Positions 29,791-38,773 of a stretch of DNA of 64,000 bases are shown piece after piece. This DNA comes from a bacterium (GTDB lineage: Bacteria; Bacteroidota; Ignavibacteria; UBA10030), in assembly GCA_043803945.1 (NCBI GenBank), contig JAZDJN010000087.1:96001-160000 (forward strand), given 5' to 3'. The notes beneath the pieces were generated by a model that had not been told where the DNA came from, did no database searches, and saw only the letters and a program-made list of their open reading frames with translations. A program made the position numbers and the translations under genes. Numbering within the stretch: the stretch's first letter is position 1; every line of letters begins with the position of its first letter.

Positions 29791-32349
29791 CTACTCCGGT
29801 TGACGCAACTTCTTATAGTGTCCATAGAGCTCGTTCATGCAGTCGGGACAAATCCCGTGGCTGAATTCTGCTTCTGAGTGTTCATGAATATATGCTTCCA
29901 ACTGGCTCCAGTACCCTTTATCGTCGCGGATCTTTTTACACTTTGCACAGATCGGAATCAAGCCATGTAAGGTCTTAATTTTTGCTATCGCTTCATTGAC
30001 CCTGGTTTGTAATTCTTCCTCCCTCCTTTTTAAAACCATAACACGAGCCCTGTAGATTCCCCCAACTGTTGCAAGAACAACCACTACGCAAAGGAGAGAG
30101 AACCACGTTGTCTGATAGAAATAGGGTTCCAATTCAATCTGAAGGGAAGCACCTTGTTCATTCCAATAGCCGTCAGAATTCCGTGCCTGAACCCTGAATG
30201 TGTACTCGCCGGGAGGAATATTGGTAAAGTACGCTGCACGCCGCATACCGACCTCCTTCCATTCTTTATTAAATCCTTCCAATTTAAATTTGAAGAGAAT
30301 TTTTTCCGAGACGATAAAGCTCAGGCCGGTATAATGAATTTCCAGATAACTGTAACCCGGTAAGACAAGAATTTTCTGTGTCAGGGGTATCCGCTGATTG
30401 TCGATGCTGATGGATTCGATCTTCACCGGCGGCGGCACAGAATTCAGCGGAATGTCGTCGGGGTTTAGAATCGCTACACCGTTGGTTGTCGGGAACCACA
30501 TCTTTCCATCACTCGCCCTAATCCCTGCCGGTTGAGAATTCCCGTTGCATTCACTGCTTCGCATTCCATCCGCTGTGCCATAGCCAATGCAGATAATCTC
30601 GGGTGTATTTTTATCGGCAAACTCATTTAACGATTTACGTGAGATGCGGAAAACACCTTTGTTTGAACTCATCCACAGATGCCGATCGTCATCTTCAAGG
30701 ATTTGATAGATCGTGTCATCAAACAATCCATCTTGTGATGTATAGCGGAAAATCTTGTCCCCCTTGAGCCGGAATAATCCATCACCAAAGGTGCCAAGCC
30801 AGACTGTCCGGTCGTCGTCTTCGTAGATGGCAAACACGTCGGAGGGGATGCCGTTTCTTGCATCATAGAGTGTGGTTTTACCTTTCTGCCATCGAGCTAA
30901 TCCTGAGGAGTACCCTGCCCACATAGTATTATCCCGCCCACGATACACCACTCGAATCCTTGTCGCAGGGATTCCCTCCTTTTCCAGGTTCTCAAATCTC
31001 CCGTTGCGCAAACGATCGATTCCACCTTCAGCGTACGCCACCCATAAATTCCCCTCAAAATCCTCCGTCAATCCGCGTACATATTCATAGGTAAGGCTAT
31101 TCTGAGTGGTGTAGTTCTTAAATGTCCGGCCGTTAAATTGTGATAGTCCTTTTCTCATACCAATCCAGAGCTTGCCGCGTGAATCGACATAGACTGAACG
31201 GATCTGATTGTTGAGCAATCCATCCTGTGTTGTATAGTTGGTGATCACACCATTTTTCCAGTGTGACAGCCCCGTCTCAGTTCCAATCCAAAAAGATCCT
31301 CCGCGACCTTCGAAAATCGACCAAACCTGGGGACCGGCAAGACCTTCTGGAGTTGAGTACGATTCAAATTTCCCACGCCATAATTTATTGACGCCATGAT
31401 AATACGTACCGGCCCAGATATTCCCTTCATGATCTTCCATCAGCGAAAGAATATGAACCGCTGAGAGCCCTTCTCGTGAAGATAAATTTTCCAGAGATCC
31501 ATCCATGAACCGATATAATCCGTTCTTCTCTGTACCGATCCACACACTTCCGGTTCTATCTGTATAGAGTGAATGAATTAACGATGATGATATCTCCGAA
31601 AGTTTTTCACACTGTCGATTTTTAGAGTTCCTGAGAAAGTATAATCCTTCAGCCGTTCCAACCCAGAGTGTTTGGTCTTTGCCCAGACAGAGAGCATAAA
31701 TGATAATGGATCGGGGAAAACCCTGAATGGGAACATCGTGTAGTTCCCCCCCTCTCAAGACCTTAAGGCCTACATTCGTTCCAACCCATAGTGTTCCTTG
31801 TTGATCCTCAGTCAGAGCAGTGACAGTCAGATCCTTGAGGTTTTGATGTGCAGGACTGACTGCTACCATTCCATTGCGAACAGTAAGGAGCCCCACTCTG
31901 GAACCTATCAAGAGGTTTCCGTTATGATCGAGAAAGAGAGTGTTACATATGAATACACCAATGGATGGATCAGCGGGAACCGGTGTAAACACTCCATGAA
32001 AATACTTTACCAAACCGCGAATCGTGCCAATCCACAGAATCCCAGTGCTGTCTTCAACTATTGAGATAATCTCGTTGTGGGTAAATGCGGGTGTGTTTTT
32101 TTGATCGAACGTCTCAAAACGGACACCGTCAAAACGAACCAGGCCTTCCTGTGTTCCAAACCAGACATACCCATCTCTTGTCTGGCACATTGTCTTAATC
32201 TTATTATTTGGAAGCCCGTCTTTCGTTGACCAACTGACCAGATTGTATTGTGCCAGCGGGACAGCAGGTTTGACCTGGGAATGCGAGAGGTGGATTCCTA
32301 TTACAGGGAACAATGAGAGGAGAAAAATTCTTACGGGATGTGAAACCAT
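29791..32349 (-). CDS. Two-component-regulator propeller + Y_Y_Y membrane sensor with a C-terminal Cys4 tail (no kinase domain)
   Basis: DGL.N..I...D..G.LW.GT repeats, Y_Y_Y domain, TM helix, then GLIPICAKCKKIRDD...SHGICPDC. Confidence 0.85.
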   Translation of the reverse strand: MVSHPVRIFLLSLFPVIGIHLSHSQVKPAVPLAQYNLVSWSTKDGLPNNKIKTMCQTRDGYVWFGTQEGLVRFDGVRFETFDQKNTPAFTHNEIISIVEDSTGILWIGTIRGLVKYFHGVFTPVPADPSIGVFICNTLFLDHNGNLLIGSRVGLLTVRNGMVAVSPAHQNLKDLTVTALTEDQQGTLWVGTNVGLKVLRGGELHDVPIQGFPRSIIIYALCLGKDQTLWVGTAEGLYFLRNSKNRQCEKLSEISSSLIHSLYTDRTGSVWIGTEKNGLYRFMDGSLENLSSREGLSAVHILSLMEDHEGNIWAGTYYHGVNKLWRGKFESYSTPEGLAGPQVWSIFEGRGGSFWIGTETGLSHWKNGVITNYTTQDGLLNNQIRSVYVDSRGKLWIGMRKGLSQFNGRTFKNYTTQNSLTYEYVRGLTEDFEGNLWVAYAEGGIDRLRNGRFENLEKEGIPATRIRVVYRGRDNTMWAGYSSGLARWQKGKTTLYDARNGIPSDVFAIYEDDDRTVWLGTFGDGLFRLKGDKIFRYTSQDGLFDDTIYQILEDDDRHLWMSSNKGVFRISRKSLNEFADKNTPEIICIGYGTADGMRSSECNGNSQPAGIRASDGKMWFPTTNGVAILNPDDIPLNSVPPPVKIESISIDNQRIPLTQKILVLPGYSYLEIHYTGLSFIVSEKILFKFKLEGFNKEWKEVGMRRAAYFTNIPPGEYTFRVQARNSDGYWNEQGASLQIELEPYFYQTTWFSLLCVVVVLATVGGIYRARVMVLKRREEELQTRVNEAIAKIKTLHGLIPICAKCKKIRDDKGYWSQLEAYIHEHSEAEFSHGICPDCMNELYGHYKKLRQPE

Positions 32350-32495
32350 ACGCTGATACCGTTTCTGCAACAAGCCGGGGGGCGACAAATTGATGCCCTG
32401 GGAGTCGTTCGCCTAAAAGTAGAGAAACGATGAGAAGAAAGCAAATAGATGGAGCGCTACTGCAGCATTCGAGAAAATCTGTGAGAAGAATCGAA

Positions 32496-33221
32496 TCATT
32501 TCTTCTTCATTTCATCCAAAAGAGAATCATGGTTCCTATCTGTCAAGGTGCTCTTCAAGAATCTTTCTTTTCGCCACTGCGAAATCTGATACCAACCGAG
32601 CCCTCCGTAGAACAGAAATCCCCAGGTGATCGAATCGATCATCGGTGTTTCGCTGCTCGTCTCTACACCTCCCCGAGTGAGGAGATCTTTATAGTATGAA
32701 TTGACCTCATCGGTAATACCAAGCTGCGGCATCGGGATAAAGCCGGTAACAAGCCCGCCGCCGATGAACAGTGCGGCAGAGAGCACCAATCGTTCAAACA
32801 CCTTTTCCTTTTCCGGGCCCTGAGCAGGAAGGTAATACATGGTATGAGCGACTTGTGCCAGGTTCCGGATCCAGTACACAACCATGATCCAGGTCGTACC
32901 AATCTGGTATGCCACCACAGAGCCAAGGAGTGCATAGAGGCTGCAATGAAGAAAGAAGATTCTATTCTGTCTCCCTCTGCTCATGGATTTTTCACGAAGC
33001 GAGAGTGCTGCACCCGTCAGAACGATGATGAAAAATTCAAGCAGGATAAATGCAAGGGAGCTGAGAATATATTCATCGCTGAATCTTGATGGAGCAATCC
33101 AGATCGCGAGATAGGATACAGCCATCGCGAGATCGGCATAGGCCTGTGAGAGAAAATAATAGTTGCCAAGCCAGGTGCGGCTTTGTGTCAGGACCCATCC
33201 TTCTCTTGAATTACTCTTCAT
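32496..33221 (-). CDS. Hypothetical multi-pass membrane protein
   Basis: 241-aa ORF with about six hydrophobic segments. Confidence 0.65.
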   Translation of the reverse strand: MKSNSREGWVLTQSRTWLGNYYFLSQAYADLAMAVSYLAIWIAPSRFSDEYILSSLAFILLEFFIIVLTGAALSLREKSMSRGRQNRIFFLHCSLYALLGSVVAYQIGTTWIMVVYWIRNLAQVAHTMYYLPAQGPEKEKVFERLVLSAALFIGGGLVTGFIPMPQLGITDEVNSYYKDLLTRGGVETSSETPMIDSITWGFLFYGGLGWYQISQWRKERFLKSTLTDRNHDSLLDEMKKK

Positions 33222-33547
33222 ACCACTATAGAAAGAGGCACTGTGGACGTGATCGTTACTTACTCGAAATTACGGTCGTTCAAATAAGAATCTTGCTCAA
33301 TGTGATAGAGGAACACAGGGATCATTGTACCAAAGTACATTATCAATTCCCACAAAAAAGAACCGTCATTGAATATTCAATTTCTCGAGAAAAGATGTCA
33401 ACACCAATGGGAACATTTGCTTCTTCGGCTTATCTGTTGCAGACAACATTAATAGATGCTATATTCTTTCGAGTTGAATCTTGCTCTGCGGGATTACCTG
33501 CAGATTAACATCATAACCAATGCAGTAATATACCGATGTTGTTCTCC

Positions 33548-33643
33548 GGGGATGAATGAGGACCTGGTGGCCTTCGCGGACTTCAAATCCGTTGTCCCGC
33601 CCCGAGAGGGGTGGGAGGTGGGTTCGATTCCTACCCGTCCCCG
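33548..33643 (+). tRNA. selC: tRNA-Sec (anticodon TCA)
   Basis: GGGGATGA/CCGTCCCC extended acceptor stem; anticodon arm GCGGA-CTTCAAA-TCCGT (TCA at 33583-33585); long variable arm TCCCGCCCC..GGGGTGGGA; T-arm GTGGG-TTCGATT-CCTAC; discriminator G; CCA not encoded. Confidence 0.95.
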
Positions 33644-33870
33644 CTAAGATTACTCTGCGATGGGACGAGGCTCGTCCGCCGAAGGCGAGACGGCCCGTCC
33701 CCGCTAAAAGAATCGCCGCCAAGTTCGCCAAGAACTAAGAGAGTGGAAGAGTGGAGGGTGCACACGATATACAAGCGTATTCTGTTAGAATCGTGAGACT
33801 TTACAATAGCTCTTTTATTTCTTTGTGTTCTTGGCGCCTTGGCGGCACACTATAGAGGAGGAACCAATCG

Positions 33871-34398
33871 ATGAAACAATATCATCTCTTGTTTATCGCT
33901 CTCCTGTTCCTTCTGCCTGCCTGTTCAAGCGAGCCTGAACACCCCGATCTGGAACAGGCAGCAAAGGCAGTCGAGTACCTCGTCGCACCATTCAGTGCCC
34001 CGAAGGTCTCCTTTTTTGCGGTACTGCCGAATGGCACTCCCAAACAATTTGTCAGTTGGTTTTTCTCTTCCATGGGGAGCGCCGATTGGCCGCCGATAGA
34101 GGGAACGTCTGAATTTTCACCGGATGAGCTTGCCTCCATGCGGCAAATCGGCATTCCGCTGCGGCCGAAGGATGTGTTCTACCGGCATACGCAGCCTGAT
34201 CCAAACATTCAGAAACAGATCGTTCTGAAATGGAACGACACCGAAGGGACGGTGATTCTTGAAGGGTATATTGATCCCAAACAATCCGCCGTCTTGACAC
34301 GATCGTTCAAACTCCCCAAAGGAGTGATCCCCAACGAGATGGCACGGCTTGTGGTACAATCGAACCTCGAAAGCGGGATGCGGTATCAATCGTTTTGA
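33871..34398 (+). CDS. Hypothetical lipoprotein
   Basis: GAGGAGG SD, signal peptide with lipobox LPAC. Confidence 0.75.
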   Translation: MKQYHLLFIALLFLLPACSSEPEHPDLEQAAKAVEYLVAPFSAPKVSFFAVLPNGTPKQFVSWFFSSMGSADWPPIEGTSEFSPDELASMRQIGIPLRPKDVFYRHTQPDPNIQKQIVLKWNDTEGTVILEGYIDPKQSAVLTRSFKLPKGVIPNEMARLVVQSNLESGMRYQSF

Positions 34399-34439
34399 TT
34401 TCTAAAATCGCCCTCATCAACCACACGCACATCAAGACC

Positions 34440-37400
34440 ATGAAAGCGTGCGATATTCATCCCCTAGGCACTATTCGCTTCCGGCTCATTCTCCTTCTCC
34501 AACTGACAGTTGCACTTCTGCATGCTCAACAGTATCTCTTCAAGACATACAACCGCGCCTCGGGCCTTCCCAGCGATTATATTCTCTGCATCTACCAAGA
34601 TCGGGATGGGTTTTTCTGGTTTGGGACAGACCGCGGCGCATGCCGGTATGATGGTAAAACATATATCATCTATACCACGACGGATGGGCTGGGAAGCAAT
34701 TTTGTGATATCGATTTTTCAGGACCATAGCGGTGCGATGTGGTTCGGACTGTACGAAGGAGGCGTGACGAAACTCGATCGGCATGGATGTGTGACATTCA
34801 ATAAGAACCATGGATTTCCGGGAAAAAGCGTGATCAACATTCTTCAGGACAGCTTTGAACGCCTCTACTTCGATACGGACGAAGGAATTTGCGTGTTGCA
34901 TCATGATACTGTTACGTGTCTCCCTTTTCACAGCCAAAGCCGATTGCTTGCTCTGGTGAAAGACGGAAGCGTTTTGATTGAAGACTCATTGTCATTCTCC
35001 CTTATTCAACCATCGGCTGACTGTACTCTCCGGCTGAAAAGCGTTCAATTACCTTCTCATGTAAGGGATTTTTTTAAACTGAGATTTGGTCCTCGACATG
35101 CCATACTGCGGAAAAATGGAAATGTCTGCCTTGTGGGTATTCCCGGCTTAATCGAGCTCACAGGCATAACGAGCCGCTATCCATCGGCGGTAACAGAACT
35201 CTCCAATATTTCAATCGAATCCATCGTTGAGGACAGCGAGGAGACTATCTGGTGTGGAACGGAGCTTTCCGGCATCATCAAGATTGCGGCGAGGGGGAAG
35301 ACTTCTTATATGACCGTCAAGGGCGTTACACAAAAAAGAATCAGCGCTACCCTTTGTGACTATGAGGGAAATCTCTGGTTCGGTACGATGGGAGAAGGAG
35401 TACACAAATTGCTCGGCACACATGTTCTTGCATACGACGCTCAAAGCGGACTCCCTTCTTCCGATGTCACAACGATCTTTCAAGATTCCCAACACAATAC
35501 CTGGTTTGGAACCCGCGTCGGCATTGCGATCATCAACAATAATCGACCGCTGAAGCTCCCCCCGTATTATGCAACAATGAAAGAGGTCCGGGCTATCGGG
35601 GAAAGTGCGGCTGGATATTACATCGGCACATTCGAGCAACTCATTGGGCCGCAAACTCTCTCCAACCTGAGATCATTTTCGCCTCCTCCCTTTCGATGGG
35701 TCGGCTACGGCACATCATCACTCTATATTGATCAATCACACTCTCCTTCGGTCGTATGGCTTTCCACTTATGGCGGCGGCACGTTTCGCTTTTCCGAACA
35801 TGATACAATGCAGTACTTCGAGAGGAATGACAAGTTCTTTGTCAAAGGCAATATTGTCAGCGAGATGATTGAAGGGATCGTTCCGGGATATAACTCGCTG
35901 TGGTTCCTTTCGCGTAACCTTGGCGCAAGCAGGTACAAAAACGGATCGTTTGAAAATTATTCAACGCTGAATGGCCTTCCCTCCAACGCGGTATATTCTG
36001 TCTATGAACAGGAAGATGGTGTACTGTGGTTTGGAACCGATGCGGGCGTTGCCCGTTTGACTCCTCATGGGACACAACTGTTTTCAAGTAAGGAGGGCTT
36101 AAAGGGGAAGTATGTTTTGGCAATCATACCCGTGCAGGCGGGGAAGGCGTTCACCGATTCGAAGGGTGAGTACTGGATCGTCAGTGATCAATCGCTCCAT
36201 AAATATACTCGAGGAACACTGAAGAGTTACGGCAGTTATCATATCCTGCCATCTCCTGAAGCGAGTATGAACAGTGTGTGCCCCGTGAACGGAGGCTCCA
36301 CACTCTGGCTCGCGACAACCGAGGGAGGTATGAAAGTGGATCTCTCGAAAATTCATGACCGGTCAATTCCGCCCCGAATTTCAATTACAAGCGCACACCA
36401 CGACAGCGTTCCCTTTTTCAGTACAATACCGGGCTCTGTCGCGCACGATAACGGCACTCCTATCACACTTGCCTCAGACCAAAACCGTGTCTCAATTTCA
36501 TTTTCAGGATTGAGCTTTTATAATGAAAAATATGTGTCGTATGCTTACAAGCTCTCCGGCTTAACCGAGAATTGGTCCAGACCGATCGAAGAACGCATTG
36601 TCAGATTTCACAACCTTGATCCGGGCCAGTATGAGTTTGCCGTTGTGGCGATCAATCCGGATGGTGTTCGTTCTTTGGAACCGGCGAGAATCGCTTTTGT
36701 CATCACACCCCCATTCTGGAGCAAAGCATGGTTTTTTGCACTTCTTTCGCTGGCCTTTCTTGGAATGCTTTCCGGTTCAGTTCGTTATCTTTCCACCCAA
36801 AAATTGCGGAAGAAAGTTGTACGGCTGGAGCGAGAACGAGAGCTCCAACTTGAACGGGAGCGGACACGGTCGCACATTGCACGCGATCTCCATGACGACA
36901 TCTCGTCAACGCTGGGAAGCATTGCCCTCTATTCAGAATCGCTAAAACGGCAATCCCATCAGCTCTCAGAACGGCAGCGTTCCATGCTTGAACGAATCGG
37001 CTCTCTCGCTTCGGAAGCCGTCGATCATATGGGTGATATTGTCTGGTCGGTGGATCCGGGGCATGATACCTTCAATGATTTATTGTCACGCATGCGCAAC
37101 CTCGCTGTGGAACTGTGCAGCATTAATAAGATGGAATACGAGATTGACGTGCAAGCCGCTCCTACAGATTTTTCACTGGCGGAAGATGTCCGGAGAAATA
37201 TCTATCTCACATTTAAAGAAGCATTGAACAACATTATCAAACACTCCCGTGCATCCAGGGTAACCATTTCTGCCCATCTGCACGAAGGACTTTTTGAGAT
37301 GATGATCGAGGACGACGGGAATGGATTCAGGCTGACAGACACAGCCAGCCCCGCAAAACGGGGAGCGAAACAGGTACGGCCGGGGCATGGATTGCGCAAT

Positions 37401-37496
37401 CTAAAACAGCGAGCGGCAGAAATTGGTGCAAACCTCGAAATCAATTCGGTACCTGGTAAGGGAACAACAATCACCTTCAGAAAAAGAATGACATAG
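34440..37496 (+). CDS. Propeller/Y_Y_Y sensor histidine kinase (HisKA_3 type)
   Basis: Regulator propeller repeats, TM helix, IARDLHDD H-box, EALNNI.KH, DDGNGF and G.GL.N motifs; start uncertain. Confidence 0.92.
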   Translation: MKACDIHPLGTIRFRLILLLQLTVALLHAQQYLFKTYNRASGLPSDYILCIYQDRDGFFWFGTDRGACRYDGKTYIIYTTTDGLGSNFVISIFQDHSGAMWFGLYEGGVTKLDRHGCVTFNKNHGFPGKSVINILQDSFERLYFDTDEGICVLHHDTVTCLPFHSQSRLLALVKDGSVLIEDSLSFSLIQPSADCTLRLKSVQLPSHVRDFFKLRFGPRHAILRKNGNVCLVGIPGLIELTGITSRYPSAVTELSNISIESIVEDSEETIWCGTELSGIIKIAARGKTSYMTVKGVTQKRISATLCDYEGNLWFGTMGEGVHKLLGTHVLAYDAQSGLPSSDVTTIFQDSQHNTWFGTRVGIAIINNNRPLKLPPYYATMKEVRAIGESAAGYYIGTFEQLIGPQTLSNLRSFSPPPFRWVGYGTSSLYIDQSHSPSVVWLSTYGGGTFRFSEHDTMQYFERNDKFFVKGNIVSEMIEGIVPGYNSLWFLSRNLGASRYKNGSFENYSTLNGLPSNAVYSVYEQEDGVLWFGTDAGVARLTPHGTQLFSSKEGLKGKYVLAIIPVQAGKAFTDSKGEYWIVSDQSLHKYTRGTLKSYGSYHILPSPEASMNSVCPVNGGSTLWLATTEGGMKVDLSKIHDRSIPPRISITSAHHDSVPFFSTIPGSVAHDNGTPITLASDQNRVSISFSGLSFYNEKYVSYAYKLSGLTENWSRPIEERIVRFHNLDPGQYEFAVVAINPDGVRSLEPARIAFVITPPFWSKAWFFALLSLAFLGMLSGSVRYLSTQKLRKKVVRLERERELQLERERTRSHIARDLHDDISSTLGSIALYSESLKRQSHQLSERQRSMLERIGSLASEAVDHMGDIVWSVDPGHDTFNDLLSRMRNLAVELCSINKMEYEIDVQAAPTDFSLAEDVRRNIYLTFKEALNNIIKHSRASRVTISAHLHEGLFEMMIEDDGNGFRLTDTASPAKRGAKQVRPGHGLRNLKQRAAEIGANLEINSVPGKGTTITFRKRMT

Positions 37497-37540
37497 ATAT
37501 GTCATTGAAAAAATGAACTCCTCTGTTCATCTTCTCTTGA

Positions 37541-38191
37541 GTGATTGATAGGAGCGACCTGGTGCCGATACATGTGATCATAGTCGAAGACCACGAAGAC
37601 TTCCGTGAAGGGCTGTATCACATGCTGCAAAGCACGGAAGGGTTTCGTTGCACCGGCAGATTCGATTCCATGGAAGATGCACTGCAGAGACTTCCTCAGG
37701 CAGATGTCGTCCTGCTCGACATTGGACTGCCCGGGAAATCCGGCATTCAGGGTATCCCTGAAATACGGAAGCGGCTTCCGAAAACCCAGATTGTCATGCT
37801 CACCGGTCGTGATGACGACAAGCTTGTGTTCCAGTCTATTCTCGCCGGTGCAAATGGGTATCTGCTGAAGAAAACGCCTCCTGCCCGCCTGTTGCATGCA
37901 ATCGAAGATGCCGCTTCGGGCGGTATGCCGATGACGCCGGTAATCGCTAAGAAAGCCTTTGAAATGTTCAAGAAATGGGTTCCTTTGCCTACCGAGCAGA
38001 TCACGCTCACGCAGCGGGAAGAAGAAATCCTCGCTCTCCTTGCCGAGGGAATGAACTACAATATGATCGGTGAGAAGCTCTACATCAGTCTCGATACCGT
38101 CCGCAACCACATCCGGCATATCTACGAGAAACTCCATGTCCATTCCAAATCCGAAGCCGTCGCCAAAGCACTGAGGCAGGGATTGATCTAA
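37541..38191 (+). CDS. NarL/LuxR family response regulator
   Basis: VEDH, LLDIGLPG, GYLLK, LTQREEEIL..L..G and TVRNHI..IY.KL motifs; start may lie slightly downstream. Confidence 0.93.
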   Translation: MIDRSDLVPIHVIIVEDHEDFREGLYHMLQSTEGFRCTGRFDSMEDALQRLPQADVVLLDIGLPGKSGIQGIPEIRKRLPKTQIVMLTGRDDDKLVFQSILAGANGYLLKKTPPARLLHAIEDAASGGMPMTPVIAKKAFEMFKKWVPLPTEQITLTQREEEILALLAEGMNYNMIGEKLYISLDTVRNHIRHIYEKLHVHSKSEAVAKALRQGLI

Positions 38192-38365
38192 CCCTAATAT
38201 AATTCTCTCGTTGTCTTGTTCCACACCGTTTTTCTTTCGTCATCTCTTGCGTCCATAGCCAAGATGACATTCCTATGTCATTGTTACTCTTCATGGAAGT
38301 GAATAGTTTTGTTCAGAAAAAATTCTTTTCGGATGCGAATCCATATGTGATTACTTGGAGTATCT

Positions 38366-38620
38366 ATGAAAACAAACGAACAACGTTATGTGGAGCCCTC
38401 TTGATCGCCACGGTGATGGTATCAACCAGTATGGTGTATTCTCAAACCGCCTTTTGGAAACAAATCAATGTGCCAGGCAGCAGTGATGTAAATGCTCTTG
38501 CGGTGAATTCCAAAATGGATTTACAAGTATGAATGTTACAGCGCTTGCAGTGAATAAGAGCGGTGTCTTATTGGCAGGGACATTTGCCACTAGGGTATTC
38601 CGTTCAATGGACAATGGTTT
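38366..38620 (+). pseudogene. Degraded remnant of a secreted BNR/beta-propeller gene
   Basis: Signal-peptide-like segment and blade fragments (DVNALAVN; NVTALAVNKSGVLLAGT..VFRSMDNG) spread over different frames. Confidence 0.55.
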
Positions 38621-38773
38621 TACGAGTAAAGAATGGTCTTCAGAATTATTCATCATACTTCATCTGTGACTATCAGTGCGTTTCTTGTGTTATCGGTGTT
38701 CTATTCTTGGTTTTTCGTATGTATAAAATTGCTATCTGAGTTACCAATAAACTTTAAGTATATAGAGGTGGAT

